A stretch of 63,777 nt of DNA, counting the filler, from Atractiella rhizophila (lineage: Eukaryota): NCBI GenBank assembly GCA_021432655.1. It is 5 parts of 4 records of this genome, joined end to end, with 100 filler letters (N's around TTAATTAATTAA, not from the genome) between each part and the next. Parts side by side here need not be neighbours in the genome. Positions count along the whole stretch, not along the records: positions 26,773 to 54,392 come from MU271466.1; 4 more parts are not named here. One strand, given 5' to 3'. The notes beneath the pieces are model-generated. The model saw only the letters and a program-made list of their open reading frames with translations, had not been told where the DNA came from and did no database searches. This document shows positions 38,259 through 49,730 of this stretch, one piece after another (within the stretch, counting starts at the first letter, position 1; each line of letters begins with the position of its first letter). A program made the position numbers and the translations under genes.

Positions 38259-40519
38259 TCACAAACTATATCGGAAGTACTGCAAGGGGGTGGTAAGGCT
38301 CAGTGACGAGATCGGAGGAAGAACGCACTGGGTTTTCGAATTCTGTCTTGTCCAACATTGCCTCCTTCTCTCCTTCCTTCCCTGTCAAAATCTCTCCGCT
38401 CGCTGCCTGGAGGCGATCTCTCCGCTTGTTCTCAGCCCACTGTTTACACAAATTGTTAAACCTTGCGGACAGGAACAGGAGAGAGAAGACGAACCATGTA
38501 AACTCCCAATGCAATCCCTGCCGCAGTCTTAATCACATAGCCGCAAAGCATGGCTACAATGGCTGATTTATATCGCGGGGCCTCCTCATTCTTGAAGGTG
38601 AAAGGGCCAATAATGTTTCCAACGCAATATGCGATGAAAGTCGTAGCACCTGTGAACTGTTTCTTTGTGTGGCCAGAAATATTCGCGGAGACCATAGCCA
38701 AGGCCAGAGAGAATCCAATACTGAAATACGTCGTTCAGAATTGTTCGTATTGGCAAACGGAAGAAGAGAAGCGAACCTCTGAACTGGGGTCCACCAGAAA
38801 GCAATCAGCCGTCCCCATTGGTTTTCCAGCGGTAGATATGCAAGGCAAGCAGCCGCAATGACACAAACCACATTCCCGACAGTCATGACTATGATCCGGG
38901 TGTTGGGGAAGCGAGATGCACAGTATCCCGCCACGAGCAAGGAAGCAGCTTGGATCAAGTTAGAAGGTATACCCAAAAGGGTAGTTTGGAGCTGCGTGAA
39001 ACCCATCGACTGAATAATTTTTGTGCTAAAGCTCGTGATGAGCGAGTTGGGAATCTGAGCGGCACACCCCAATACGACTAAATATTAGGAAGGTGTCAGC
39101 CTGTAATAAGAGAGGTTTGGATGGGCTCACAGAGCAGATACGTTTTGGGATCTTTCAAAGCATGGAAAATCTGGTACTTCTTGAAACGCTTATTCTCAAC
39201 TCCGGTTTTGTTTCTTGCCACCCTAGCTACAGCAGCAAGTTTCTGCTCCTCGGTCAAATAACGCGCTGTGACCTACCACGGACAATTATTAGGCATGGAT
39301 GTCAAAACGAAGGGAAAAGCAGCACGGGAGAATCTGGAAGATAGAATGCTACAACTGCAGCCCAGATGATTGTAACCGCGCCGAGGATGATAAAGATCCA
39401 ACCCCATTGAGGGAAAGACGACTGGATGTGTCCTACCCCGTATCCTAGGAGCCTATTGACCATAATGAGAACATGGGATGTGCCGATTCGTGAGCAAAAC
39501 TCGCCCTCCAAAAACGCCTGCCCAGGCCTGTGCGGAGTACCAAGCGAGCTGTCGCAAGGGTTGCTCATCTCTATTCCAGTACATCCCAGCTTCACACCGT
39601 TCGATCCATCAGCTTCAAAAGAAAGTTACGAGAAAACAGTGAAAACGGACTGATCAAGACTGCACCTGGAGTGAATGAGCTCTCTAACAATCCCAAGAAG
39701 AAGCGATTCGCCATCGCGCCGGCGAAATTTTTGCATGCCTTTTCCATCCATTAGCAACTAAACCCATAGCAGGCGAAGCTGCAAGAGCGTACAGCAGTTG
39801 TCATGAGAACGGTACCCCATGCAAGGATGCAGACTGAGAGGAACTTGGCGATTCTTCAGAGCAAGAGTAAAGTTTGGGTTGAATCAATGGCAGAGAAACG
39901 TACGGAGGCGTTGCAACAGGTACCCGGCTGGATATTGCGCTATCAAATAACCCTGGATAATGTGTGAGCTAAACGCAACGGGAAAAGAGGGGAGAAGGAC
40001 AAAGTAGAATATGCTCCCAAGCCACGAGTATTGGTTTCCTTCCAAGTGGAGGCCCTTGGACAACCCGAATAAGTTTGCGTAGCTTTACTGCTGTGAGTAT
40101 CGATTTCAGAGCTTTAGGCCTGGACTGACGTACTTGAGAGCGGTTTTGTCCACTATACGACACGACTTATCAATGTCTCTCTCCAGTAACACGTGCGAAC
40201 TCACGATATTGCAGCATGAAAGTTCCAAACAGGATCTTGGAGATACGTTACACCAACTTCAGCGACATTGTGGAGAATGAACACGTACTGGAAGAACCTT
40301 CAGATCGAATATCTTTCTCACCTTCGCCTCAGCCTTGATCCGCTCCTCCTCCGTTTGCGCATCCGTCCTCTGCTCATTTTGCACATAGAGAGCATAGGCG
40401 ACGTCTGCATTCCCTTGATCACTTACAGACGAGTCGTCTTTTCGAACAGGAGTTGAAGAGCGAGGGGACTTAGAGTCCTCTAAGTCGTCGAAGGACCTAG
40501 ACTTGCGATCAAGAGACAT
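38259..40519 (-). CDS. MFS transporter, allantoate permease (Dal5)/ACS family, multi-exon
   Basis: AQYPAGYLLQRL, RFFLGLLESSFTPG, WYWNRDEQPLR, YLPDSP, ANISGHTKK, YCVGNIIGP, EAPRY and DKTEFENP.FRY motifs. Confidence 0.92.
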
Positions 40520-41494
40520 GCTTCTGTTCTATAAGCCGCGCGGCGCCGTAGAGAAAGAGTGTGGGAGAGGAAAGAGACTGCCTGTTTATAAAATTCTTTC
40601 TCCATAACCGATCTGTCTAGACGGCCGATAAATATTCGATAAAACCTTCAGAAAATCTCTGAGCTCGACTTTTGATGAAGAGGTACTCGCAGAGAGAAAT
40701 GGCGAGTGATTGCGCAAGCAGCAAGTGACAAGGTGCTTGCTGACTGCGTTCCCGACGAAAAACGAAATGACGAAAGAACAATTGTATGAATGGTACGGGA
40801 CATCTATCATGCGCACTGAAGCACGAGCTTGTCGTGTCGATAAGAAGGTGTTCTCCGTTCCCCTCCCAATATGCGTGCACCAAGGCAACTCTTGGCTTCG
40901 AGAAATAACGCTTCACAGGCGCCAATCGCTCCACTCCTGGCTCAGCACTTCTATATTAGAACAGAAACATCTGCTCCTAGCTCACTGGCAAAGTGCTGGT
41001 GAGAGAACTCATATACTTGGTGCGTGTACGGTTAGATCGATAGAGTACTCAAGCTCAAAAGACTTAACGTGAGAAAATTCTATCGCGTCCTCTCTGGGAT
41101 TTATCCCTTACTGTGTCCTCAGATTCAAGTTGAAGAGGAGAGTCATTTTGAAAGTTTGAAGCCTCAAAAGAATGTCTGTTTGTGTGGTGCACAATCGCTA
41201 ATGAGCCCAGATGTCGATGAGCCGTGACGACTCGGAAGGCGTGTGCATCTCACTAATCCTAGGAGTAGTGATACTAATAATGATGGAGAGAAAGTTGGAG
41301 TTGGAAGACAAAGCGCCTTCGGATCCGAGGACATATACACTTGGTAGAACTCGCTTTATCGCTTTACTATTCAAGTTTATTGTCAAGGTGTCTATTTCAA
41401 TGCTCAGCGCTCACAGATTGCTGACATATATAGCTTCGCAAAGCGGGTATATATTCCCATTTCCATTTCTAGATTTAACAATCAGCACCCAGGC

Positions 41495-44030
41495 TTACAC
41501 CTCTACGCCAAACTGAAGAGCTTGCATCTGAGCCTGAGCAGCGGCATTGATGAGATCCTCTTCATCAGAATCGTCCTCCCCTTCCTCCTCTTCATTATCA
41601 GATTCGTATTCCTTCTCAAAGACCTTTCACGACGGTCAGATTTCTTGGCTCAGTGGAAAGACGGAAGGGAGAACAGCCACTCACCAGGTTTCTTGCAAAG
41701 CATCTCAGTTCTAAACTATCAACATGAGCTTCATCCAGCTCATGGGTCTCCTTTAAAGTTATCTTCTTGAGCGTAGGAAACGGTTCGTCCGGCTCTCGGA
41801 AGAGGAACGATTCCAGCTCCTTCAAGGGAATCCATCAGAAAAGGTGGACTGAGAAAGGAATATGCTCACATGTGCGTCCTCCTCCGTACCCATCTCTCCA
41901 AGCAACAGCACTTCAATCGGGCTGCCTATGAAGCGTTTCGCCCAGACGAGTCCGAGCGCATTATCCCAGTCGAACATCCACAGGTGCTTCAAACGATACG
42001 GCTTCCCCGCTCCATTCTCCTTTTCTCCCAAATGCTCCTCATCTGGTACTCCGACCAGTCTGAGGATCCTCAACTCCTTCGTCAAACTCAACAATGTATC
42101 CAGTCCCTTCATACCGACTCCAGGACAAGCATGAAGTTCGAGTGTGGTCAACCGGCTCTCCAACTGAGGAGTGTTGATCGACTTCAGCCGATTCGGGAGC
42201 TCAACGAGCCACGAGTCTACAACGCCAACAAGGGTCATATCATACAGCTTGGGCATACCAAACCAGATCAGCTCCATCAACTGATTCCGACGTTCCGAAC
42301 TAGAATCGTGCTCAACAACACTGATGAAAAGATGCTTCATCTCCGCCTTCCAATGCTCGAGCCATTCCGTCATTTCACTTTCCGAGACACCATCGAGTCC
42401 CAGGTCAGGGGTCAGACCAAACATTTGGATCAACTTTTGATCATCACTTCCTCGAAGTTCTCGCCATCCCTCATCCAGCATATAGTCCGGGAACGTGTCG
42501 TCTTCTTCATCAGGAGCGTGCAATCCGAGGGCGGTGAGCTTCTTCTTTTTGAGAGCTTCGAGTATTGGCCGGACATATTGCCACTTGTTCGACTTCCTCG
42601 GTGACACCACATCCACATCACATTCTTCGAGCCTGGGCAGTTGCTTGATGATTTCGACCATGAGGTCTGTCCGAGGAGCCTCCTCGTATCCGAGCGGAGA
42701 AACAGCAGTCGCGTAATCAAAGACGTTTTCTAATGCATCAGAATTGAAGTTCGCCAGCAGCGTCACTCTCAACCAAAGACGACGGACAAAGCTAGACCGT
42801 GGAGGTGTCAGGAATTTGAGAAAGTTTTCGACCTTCTCGTTCGTCCATCCATCGAGATCAAAATCCTATCGAGACGACGATAAGCAAGCCGCTTTGCCAC
42901 TGTAAACATGTGGAATCAATTTAGGGGAACGAGTGGAAAAACTTCTGGATGCATAAAGTAGGCTTTGGCTCATGGTAGCGAAATTGTCAAGGTTTCCAGT
43001 GATAGACACAACGAGCCTTTTCAGGCTTGTCTCCAACACTTAAGGAGAACTGAAGTCCTTCGTGAGTGCAAGAAGGTAACTCTCATCACCACAAGGAGCT
43101 TGTCCGTACGTCCGTCTCAGACGTCAATGTTCATTATTGAGGTTACTATAGCAGATCCAGACAATCCAAGCTGGAAAATGCAAGAAATCCAAACGATTCA
43201 GAATCCAAACAAGCGTTTATCACAAGGGAAAACAATATTTGATCCACCTTAATTCTTTCTTCTCTCTGTCAGAGCGAGCAAAAGCAAGGAACAGAAGTGG
43301 ACGACAACAGAATCCTTGAGGTACCTATTTGACAGAGAAAGGAAGCAAATAAGAACCAGATACAAGCAAGAGAGTAGCTCTCCTATGATTTATGAATAGT
43401 CACGTCTCTCGAAGGCTAGGAACGACGGATCGCTGGAAATCATGACTGGAGAGAGATCTCATGTATCCGATCCCACAAGGAACTCCGTTCTAGATAAAGA
43501 AAAGCAGGAGAAAGGGAAGAGCGTACCTCCCACAACCACTCCCTAGCCATCTCATTCCACTCCCACGAACAAGCGCTCAATCGTCTGAGCGTGCTCCATC
43601 CCTTCATCTTCTGCACCTCACCCCGTCCATCCTCCTCAACTCCATCTCCATCTCCATCTTCTGCTTCTTCTTCTTCTTCCTCCTCCTCTTCATCCACCCA
43701 CTCCTCCTCCTCCTCCTTTTCCTTCCCTTTCCCTTTATCCTTCCCCTTCCCTCCTTCCGCATCAGAAATTGGGAGACGAATGGGCTCGCACTCCCTTCCC
43801 TCCATCACGTCGAGGTCTATCTCGTGACACATCCATACTATGTGCCTCTTGAGCTCCGGAGGCAGGCCAGAAAGGGTGGGAGTAGGCCCATTGGGTCGAT
43901 CTCGATCAGCAGATGCTGGGATGGGTTGAGAGAGGGGAGAAGGGACAAGTGGCGGAGGAGGACGTGGTTTGGTGGGTGACTTGGATGACGGTTTGGAGGG
44001 AGACGGCGGCAGAGGGCGAGAGAAGAACAT
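41495..44030 (-). CDS. F-box-like / LRR-like hypothetical protein with acidic tracts; contains a 661-nt intron
   Basis: LSGLPPELKRHIV...LSACSWEWNEMAREWLWE joins in frame across intron 42866-43526 to DFDLDGW. Downstream LxxLxL repeats and an acidic C-terminus. Confidence 0.7.
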
Positions 44031-44271
44031 CGATCGTAAAGCAGAGCAAAATATCAGCAATAAAATAAGATAAATATTGCGATCTGCTTAGAACTAGAAG
44101 CGAACTAGAGGAAGTCAAGGTCGGGTTCTCGTGTGCCGATCTCCCCGATTCTCCTCCTCCTTGCCGCAACCGTTCGTACGCCTTGTTAGCTTAACAGGTA
44201 AGTCAACATTTGCTTTATATCCGCCTTTCACGCTCACCCAAATTCAGCAACAGCAGACAATCCAAACAACC

Positions 44272-46235
44272 ATGGTCCACCTCCTCTTCCATCCACAGCC
44301 CGCGACGCTGCTCCCTTCCTCCTCCAACTCCTCCAGCAACACCTCCTCGTCCTCCCTTCCTCCATCCTCCAAAAGCACCACGGCTCCCGACGAAGCCCTC
44401 ACTCTGCGCTCCCACGTCCTCTCCCGCTGTCCGCTCCTCACCCAATCCAACTTCAAACCATCCCTCCTCCTTCCCAACGGCCACTTCCAGACCCTCTACT
44501 CTGCCTTCTTCCGTCCCGCGACCACCGACCTCGTCGCTTACCGTCGGACTATCTTACAGGTCCCGCAGGCGCCGGGACAGGAGGGAACGGGGCAGGTAGC
44601 CCTGGATTTCGCGCTGCCTCATCCACCTTCCTCGTCCGCTTCTCACCCAGAAGGAAATAAAGAGGCGGAGATGAGCATGGGGGATATGATCCGGATACTC
44701 CAATTCTTGTCATGCTCCATGGATTGAGTGGGAACAGTGGAGAGACGTACATAAGGGACGTGGTGGTGAAGATGAGGCAACGGTGGCGGTGTGTCGTCTT
44801 GCACGCCAGGGGCTGTATGTCCTCTCTCTCCGTCACACTATGAGATGCTGAATGGAAAATCATGTCACATAGGCGGAGGGACCAAGATCACAAACCAGCA
44901 ATTCTTCCAGTTCGTCACTCTCTCCTCCTCTTCTTCCCCACTCACGCAAAACGAAACAACGCAGCGGGGGATACACACTCGACTTGGTTCGTCTCCATCG
45001 TCTCCCTCTCTCTCAGCCCTTTCCAACAATAAAGAGAACAGAGATGCACACTCCTCTACCTCCGTTCGCTCTACCCCTCCGCTCCGCTCTACGCCATCGG
45101 TTTCTCTCTCGGATCCAACATCCTTATCCAATACCTCGAGACCGAAGACAGGACATCGAGAGGGAGCGGACTGCGAGCTGCTGTAGGGTGTGTCTGTCCT
45201 CTCCTCTCCTTTTCATCTCTCCTCTTTACGCACCGATCTAATGGCTTGTTTCCTGCGATGTCAGACTGGCTGTCCCTTGGGATTTTCTTGAAGGCGCAAA
45301 ATACCTGCAAGCGACCTGGATGCGCAGGGTGTACAGTCAAGCCATGGGTGAGAACCTTCGGTTCGTCTTCCCTCTCCTCCCCTTTACTTTCCCTCTCTCC
45401 TTCTCTTTTACATCGTCATGCCTTAACTGCTCCCACCTGCTGAGAGTTGATCGAGCGTTGAGTTGCTGGCCCATTGCTTTTGTGGAGTGCTCATAGCCCT
45501 CCACATAAGAATGTCTGATTCCTCCTCCGGATGGTTCTTAAATGTCACCATTCGGTCGTAGCTCGTTTAAATGTTATCTTTCAGTCTCAACTAGTCAAAT
45601 ACTGATGCGTCAGTATTTACTAGACATCTGATCCTACAAAACGAAGAATCATTCCTTAACGACAAGCGAATCGACATCAAAGCCCTCCGAACAAAGAAGA
45701 TGAGCCGGCTCGGAGAGTTCGACGCTCTCGTCACTGCACCACTTGGAAACTTTGTCCGTCCCTCCTTTCCCCTCATCCCATCCCAACCGTGCTAAGGTGT
45801 GTCCCGTCGTAGGCCACACCAGAAGACTACTACGTCTCCGTCACTTCCAACCGCGACCTCCACGTCGTCCGCACACCCCTCCTGACCCTCAATTCGATGG
45901 ACGACCCTGTCTGTCCTCCCCATTGCGTACCTAACGAAGTATCCTCCTTGTCCCCGTATACGATCGTCGGCACGACGCCCCACGGTGGCCATCTGGGGTG
46001 GTGGGAAGGCTGGGGAGTGCGATGGAGCGGCAAGGTCGCTGCGGAGTTCCTTGAGGCCATGAAGGAGGTCGAGTATGCAAGAAAGGAGGACGAAGGAGTG
46101 CTTGTCGCCGTTGAGGGGGATGATGGGTGGATTTATGAGGAGGGCAGGAAAGAGATTGGTTTTAAGGTTGTTTACGAAGGAGAAGAGGAAAAGAGGGGGA
46201 CTGGAGAGCAGGAGGGCATTGTTGGTGGCCTTTAA
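44272..46235 (+). CDS. Alpha/beta hydrolase, Eht1/Eeb1/YheT family (acyl ester synthase/hydrolase), multi-exon
   Basis: NGHFQTLY, HGLSGNSGETYIR, GFSLGSN nucleophile elbow, LNSMDDPV (Asp) and GGHLGW (His). Confidence 0.9.
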
Positions 46236-48176
46236 GTGCGGAAGCATGGACATTTGTGACATCCAATGGGTGCCTTATCTTAGATACTTAGATGATACTC
46301 AATAGAACTCTCTATAGACAACATTCTAAGCTGCTAGTGCCTGGTATTTTACAGTCTCTGACAAAGGTATGAAATAGTAACTTTAATGAATGCTGTTAGC
46401 TAACCGTGCAATACATGAAGTGATCCAGTCAAGGCTATTTGTGGAGTGTCAGCTCAACATCTTCCTGGTAACCATGGTACACGAGTAAAAGGGATGATGT
46501 TTGTAGTAAACCGCGAGAGCATAACACGAAAGGCGAGTGATAGCATCAAGAAATCACATTTGTCCACTGAGATGCCTTTTCGTCGAGTTCCAGATCGATC
46601 TTTTCTGTGAACTTCGTTCGAGCCTGTGGTAAGAAGCCAAGGAACTCCTCAATTTTGAGCGTCACAAATTTCCCACACATTTCTTGCTCTGCCCGTAAGT
46701 AGTTAGCAGATGATTAGCTTCCCTAACCGTTGCGACTGAGAGGTATACTTGAAGCGCTAGAATGTTCGCTCTGGTTAGCAGTGTTAGCAGGCTTGTCAGG
46801 GTCAGGAGTGGAGGCCAACGGTAGGACGGTAGGGAGGGTCATCTTGAATAGCTCGTACGGTGATAACCCACTCTGAGTATTGGTTTTGGTCAAAGTTTGA
46901 TAGGTTCGAACAATGCCACCGCAGAGATAATGGACGTTGAGGAAGCAGGTCGTCGTGGTGGTTCAGATCGCGATGCCGCAGAGTTGAAATGTCCATTCTA
47001 CATTAAGTAAGTCGACATGATAAAGGTGTCCCTTCAGCAGCTCCTCAATGATGCGACTCAATGCTCTTCTGACCTCTATTGGCTTAGGTCGCATTCCTAC
47101 ATACCTACCTGCAAGCTTGCTACAACACGAGACTTCCTTTCCAACCGAAACGAATGTTTAGCTGAACGAATGCTGATGTCAAAAAGAGCTAGAAGACAGT
47201 ACTTTGACCAATCTTAACCCAGATGAACCCATTTCCCATCGATATCTACTCGTTTAGAAGATTTCGGTAGAACCGTGATCCACATGCAGTACCAGAGCAA
47301 GCGCCAAATCACCTAAGTGTCTCCACTTGCAACTAGAACGGATGGAGATTCACGCTCACTACCTTCTGGGTAAGTCAGGACGTTCGAATGACAAGCTTTT
47401 TGCATTTCTTTGACCCTCTGCCCTATAACAACCGGTTAAAATGCATCGCAACTCCTTCAAATCAGACGAACATCGTGGCACTGAAACGACAAGAGATGTT
47501 GAAGACGAGATTGCGTCGCAGCTTGTGATCACCAATTTGACGCTTCTGCTACTGAATTGGGAACAAGATAATTACGTGACCAACTACTTCGGTGAGCTAG
47601 AGTAACCCTGAACCCTTCGATTCGATGGATTTGATGAAGGATTCCCGACCAAAGACCTCAGGATATGCAAAAAAAAAACTGCGAAAACTCTGAATTCTGC
47701 GAGTGTCTTTGTCTAGAATGAGATAACAAGACTCGGGATTGGTTCGATTCGAGGCCACGAACAGCCACCAATGCTCGCCAGTATGAATGTAAAATGCCCA
47801 TTTCGCCTAGAATGCTAACCATCGTCTCCATGAAACATCCAACCATAAACGCCGTCTAGTGATAATGTTAGGCGACGAACCCACACGTCTCCTTTGTTCT
47901 GGGACTAAAACTCGTCTCCGTCCTGTAGCCGTCGCTCAGCCGTATGCAAGTCCAACCAGTTCAGATGTCATTCGAGCGTCATAAAGCGTGGCAGTTCCCA
48001 TTCCGCGCAACCTGAGCTTCCCTGATACCCCAGAATGCCCCTTTCCGCGCCCTAATTTCAACTGGAGATCGCAGAAAACGCCCTTGCATTCCTTCCACGT
48101 CCTGATTGGACTTTCTGGCCGCAAAGGCTCTCGTATTTTCCTATGAAGACGTTGGATTCGAGTGCGGTGCCAGTGC

Positions 48177-49380
48177 ATGAGTTCTTTCGAACTTGAAATC
48201 CTTCAGCAGCCTCTCCAAGGTGTGTATTAGCCTGTCTTGATTGCGCCACGATCTTGGCCAATGTTTGACTCTGCGCCAGTCTCCAAAAAAATGCACCAAA
48301 TTATGGTTTACTGATATCGAATGAGTAGCTCGTCAGACTGGCTTCGGAGAGAAGGATAGGAGGCCAGTTGACCCTCCCCCCGTTGTAATCGTCAGGATGA
48401 AAGATGAGAAGGGAAATGTGCTACCCGACAAGTTTGTGTTCCTCGTGTGCCTCATCAGTCGTTCCCCATTCGCCTTCCCAATTCACTACAAGCTCTGCTG
48501 ACAGAAGCATTTTTGTCTAGCACCGTTGAAAGTGATACCCTCTTCTGTCATGCTGAGCTCTTCAGTCCACCCGCCTCGCCTTCTGGTTCGACAGAAGGCT
48601 CAAGCTCCAGTACTGGGTCAGAGCCTCAGCAACAAAACCACATATTCCCTCCTACTTCTGCAGCAGCACGAACCAGCGATGCGCCACAAAGACCTATCAA
48701 AAACTTTCTAGGGAGCCTCACAGTACCGGGGAAACGATTGAAGGACGCATATGGAGAATACGGCTTCATGTTCGTTTTGTGAGCATTGTCTCCTTCCAAT
48801 CTAGTTTGGTTACTCATCTGTGCTTCCTTAAAATGAAAGCTCTGATCTAGCGGTGCGAGCAGAAGGCGTGTTTTCTATCCGCTTCACTTTGGTTGACCTT
48901 TCAACGTGATCTACAACTTGAGATCACTCATTTGCCCTGCTCAAAACTCCTGAGGGGAACAGGGCGGAAAAGAACGGCGTCCATCCTCCACTGTCCAGGG
49001 TACATTCGCAAGCATTCAGGGTATTCTCTCATCTCACTTTTCCCGGAATGAAAAGCTCGACTCGTTCGTCCTTCCTTTCTCTGCAATGGAAATCTAATCT
49101 AACGATGTGTTCATTCCACTCATACAGCCCTCACAAAGGTTCGTCCTTTAAATTTTGGGATCGTTCGTCCATTTTGGGGGTGTAGGCACTGGCGAAACAA
49201 GGTGTGAAGCTGATAATCAGGCGAAATTCTGGCGGTAGGCAAGGGAAAAGCGCAAAACAGAAATCGACAACTGTTGATGGACTGGAGGAAGGGGATGATG
49301 TGGACGAAGAAGCATTGGATGACGATGAAGAGGAAGGAATTGAAGAGGAAGAGGAAGGTGATGGGGAAAAGGTCGAATGA
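48177..49380 (+). CDS. Velvet-domain transcription regulator (small, VelB/VosA-like), multi-exon
   Basis: LEILQQPLQ|ARQTGFGEKDRRPVDPPP, NFLGSLTV, LKD..G..GFMFVF, SDLAVRAEG.FSIRFTL, FPGM..ST and LAKQGVK motifs, with an acidic tail. Not evident from the ORF track because exons are short. Confidence 0.88.
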
Positions 49381-49730
49381 GCCAAATACGTAAAATGAGT
49401 GTGTTACCGAGTGGATTTTGTTTACCGTCTTTACTTCATCCTTCGAGATTTTTGTACTACCAAGTTTTGTCTTACGATCAGTAATTTCAAGTTTAACATC
49501 CGACCGAACAAACATCTGACCGCTTGACAATGATATATCCCTCTACAAGATTGTGAAGAAACTTCTCCCTTCCGTTTGGCAATATCGCTCTGTAATAATC
49601 AAGTGCTTCAGCTCCTTACTGCAACATCCGCCGTACAAGTTACCTCAATAACTTGGTCCGTCTTCTTTTGAGGATGCGACATTACATTGATGATACTTTT
49701 ATCTATCTCAGTCTGCTTCCTACTCAGTAA

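Noticed and set aside
45430..45480. CTGAGA motif in a structured intron suggesting a TPP riboswitch
   Set aside because: The downstream TPP aptamer elements (ACC..GAA..TGATC..TAAT..GCG) are absent.
46800..46990. Possible retrotransposon integrase relic (DDLLP ... SGLSPYELF in different minus frames)
   Set aside because: Two very short motifs only, with no DDE core, RT or LTRs. Not supportable without a search.
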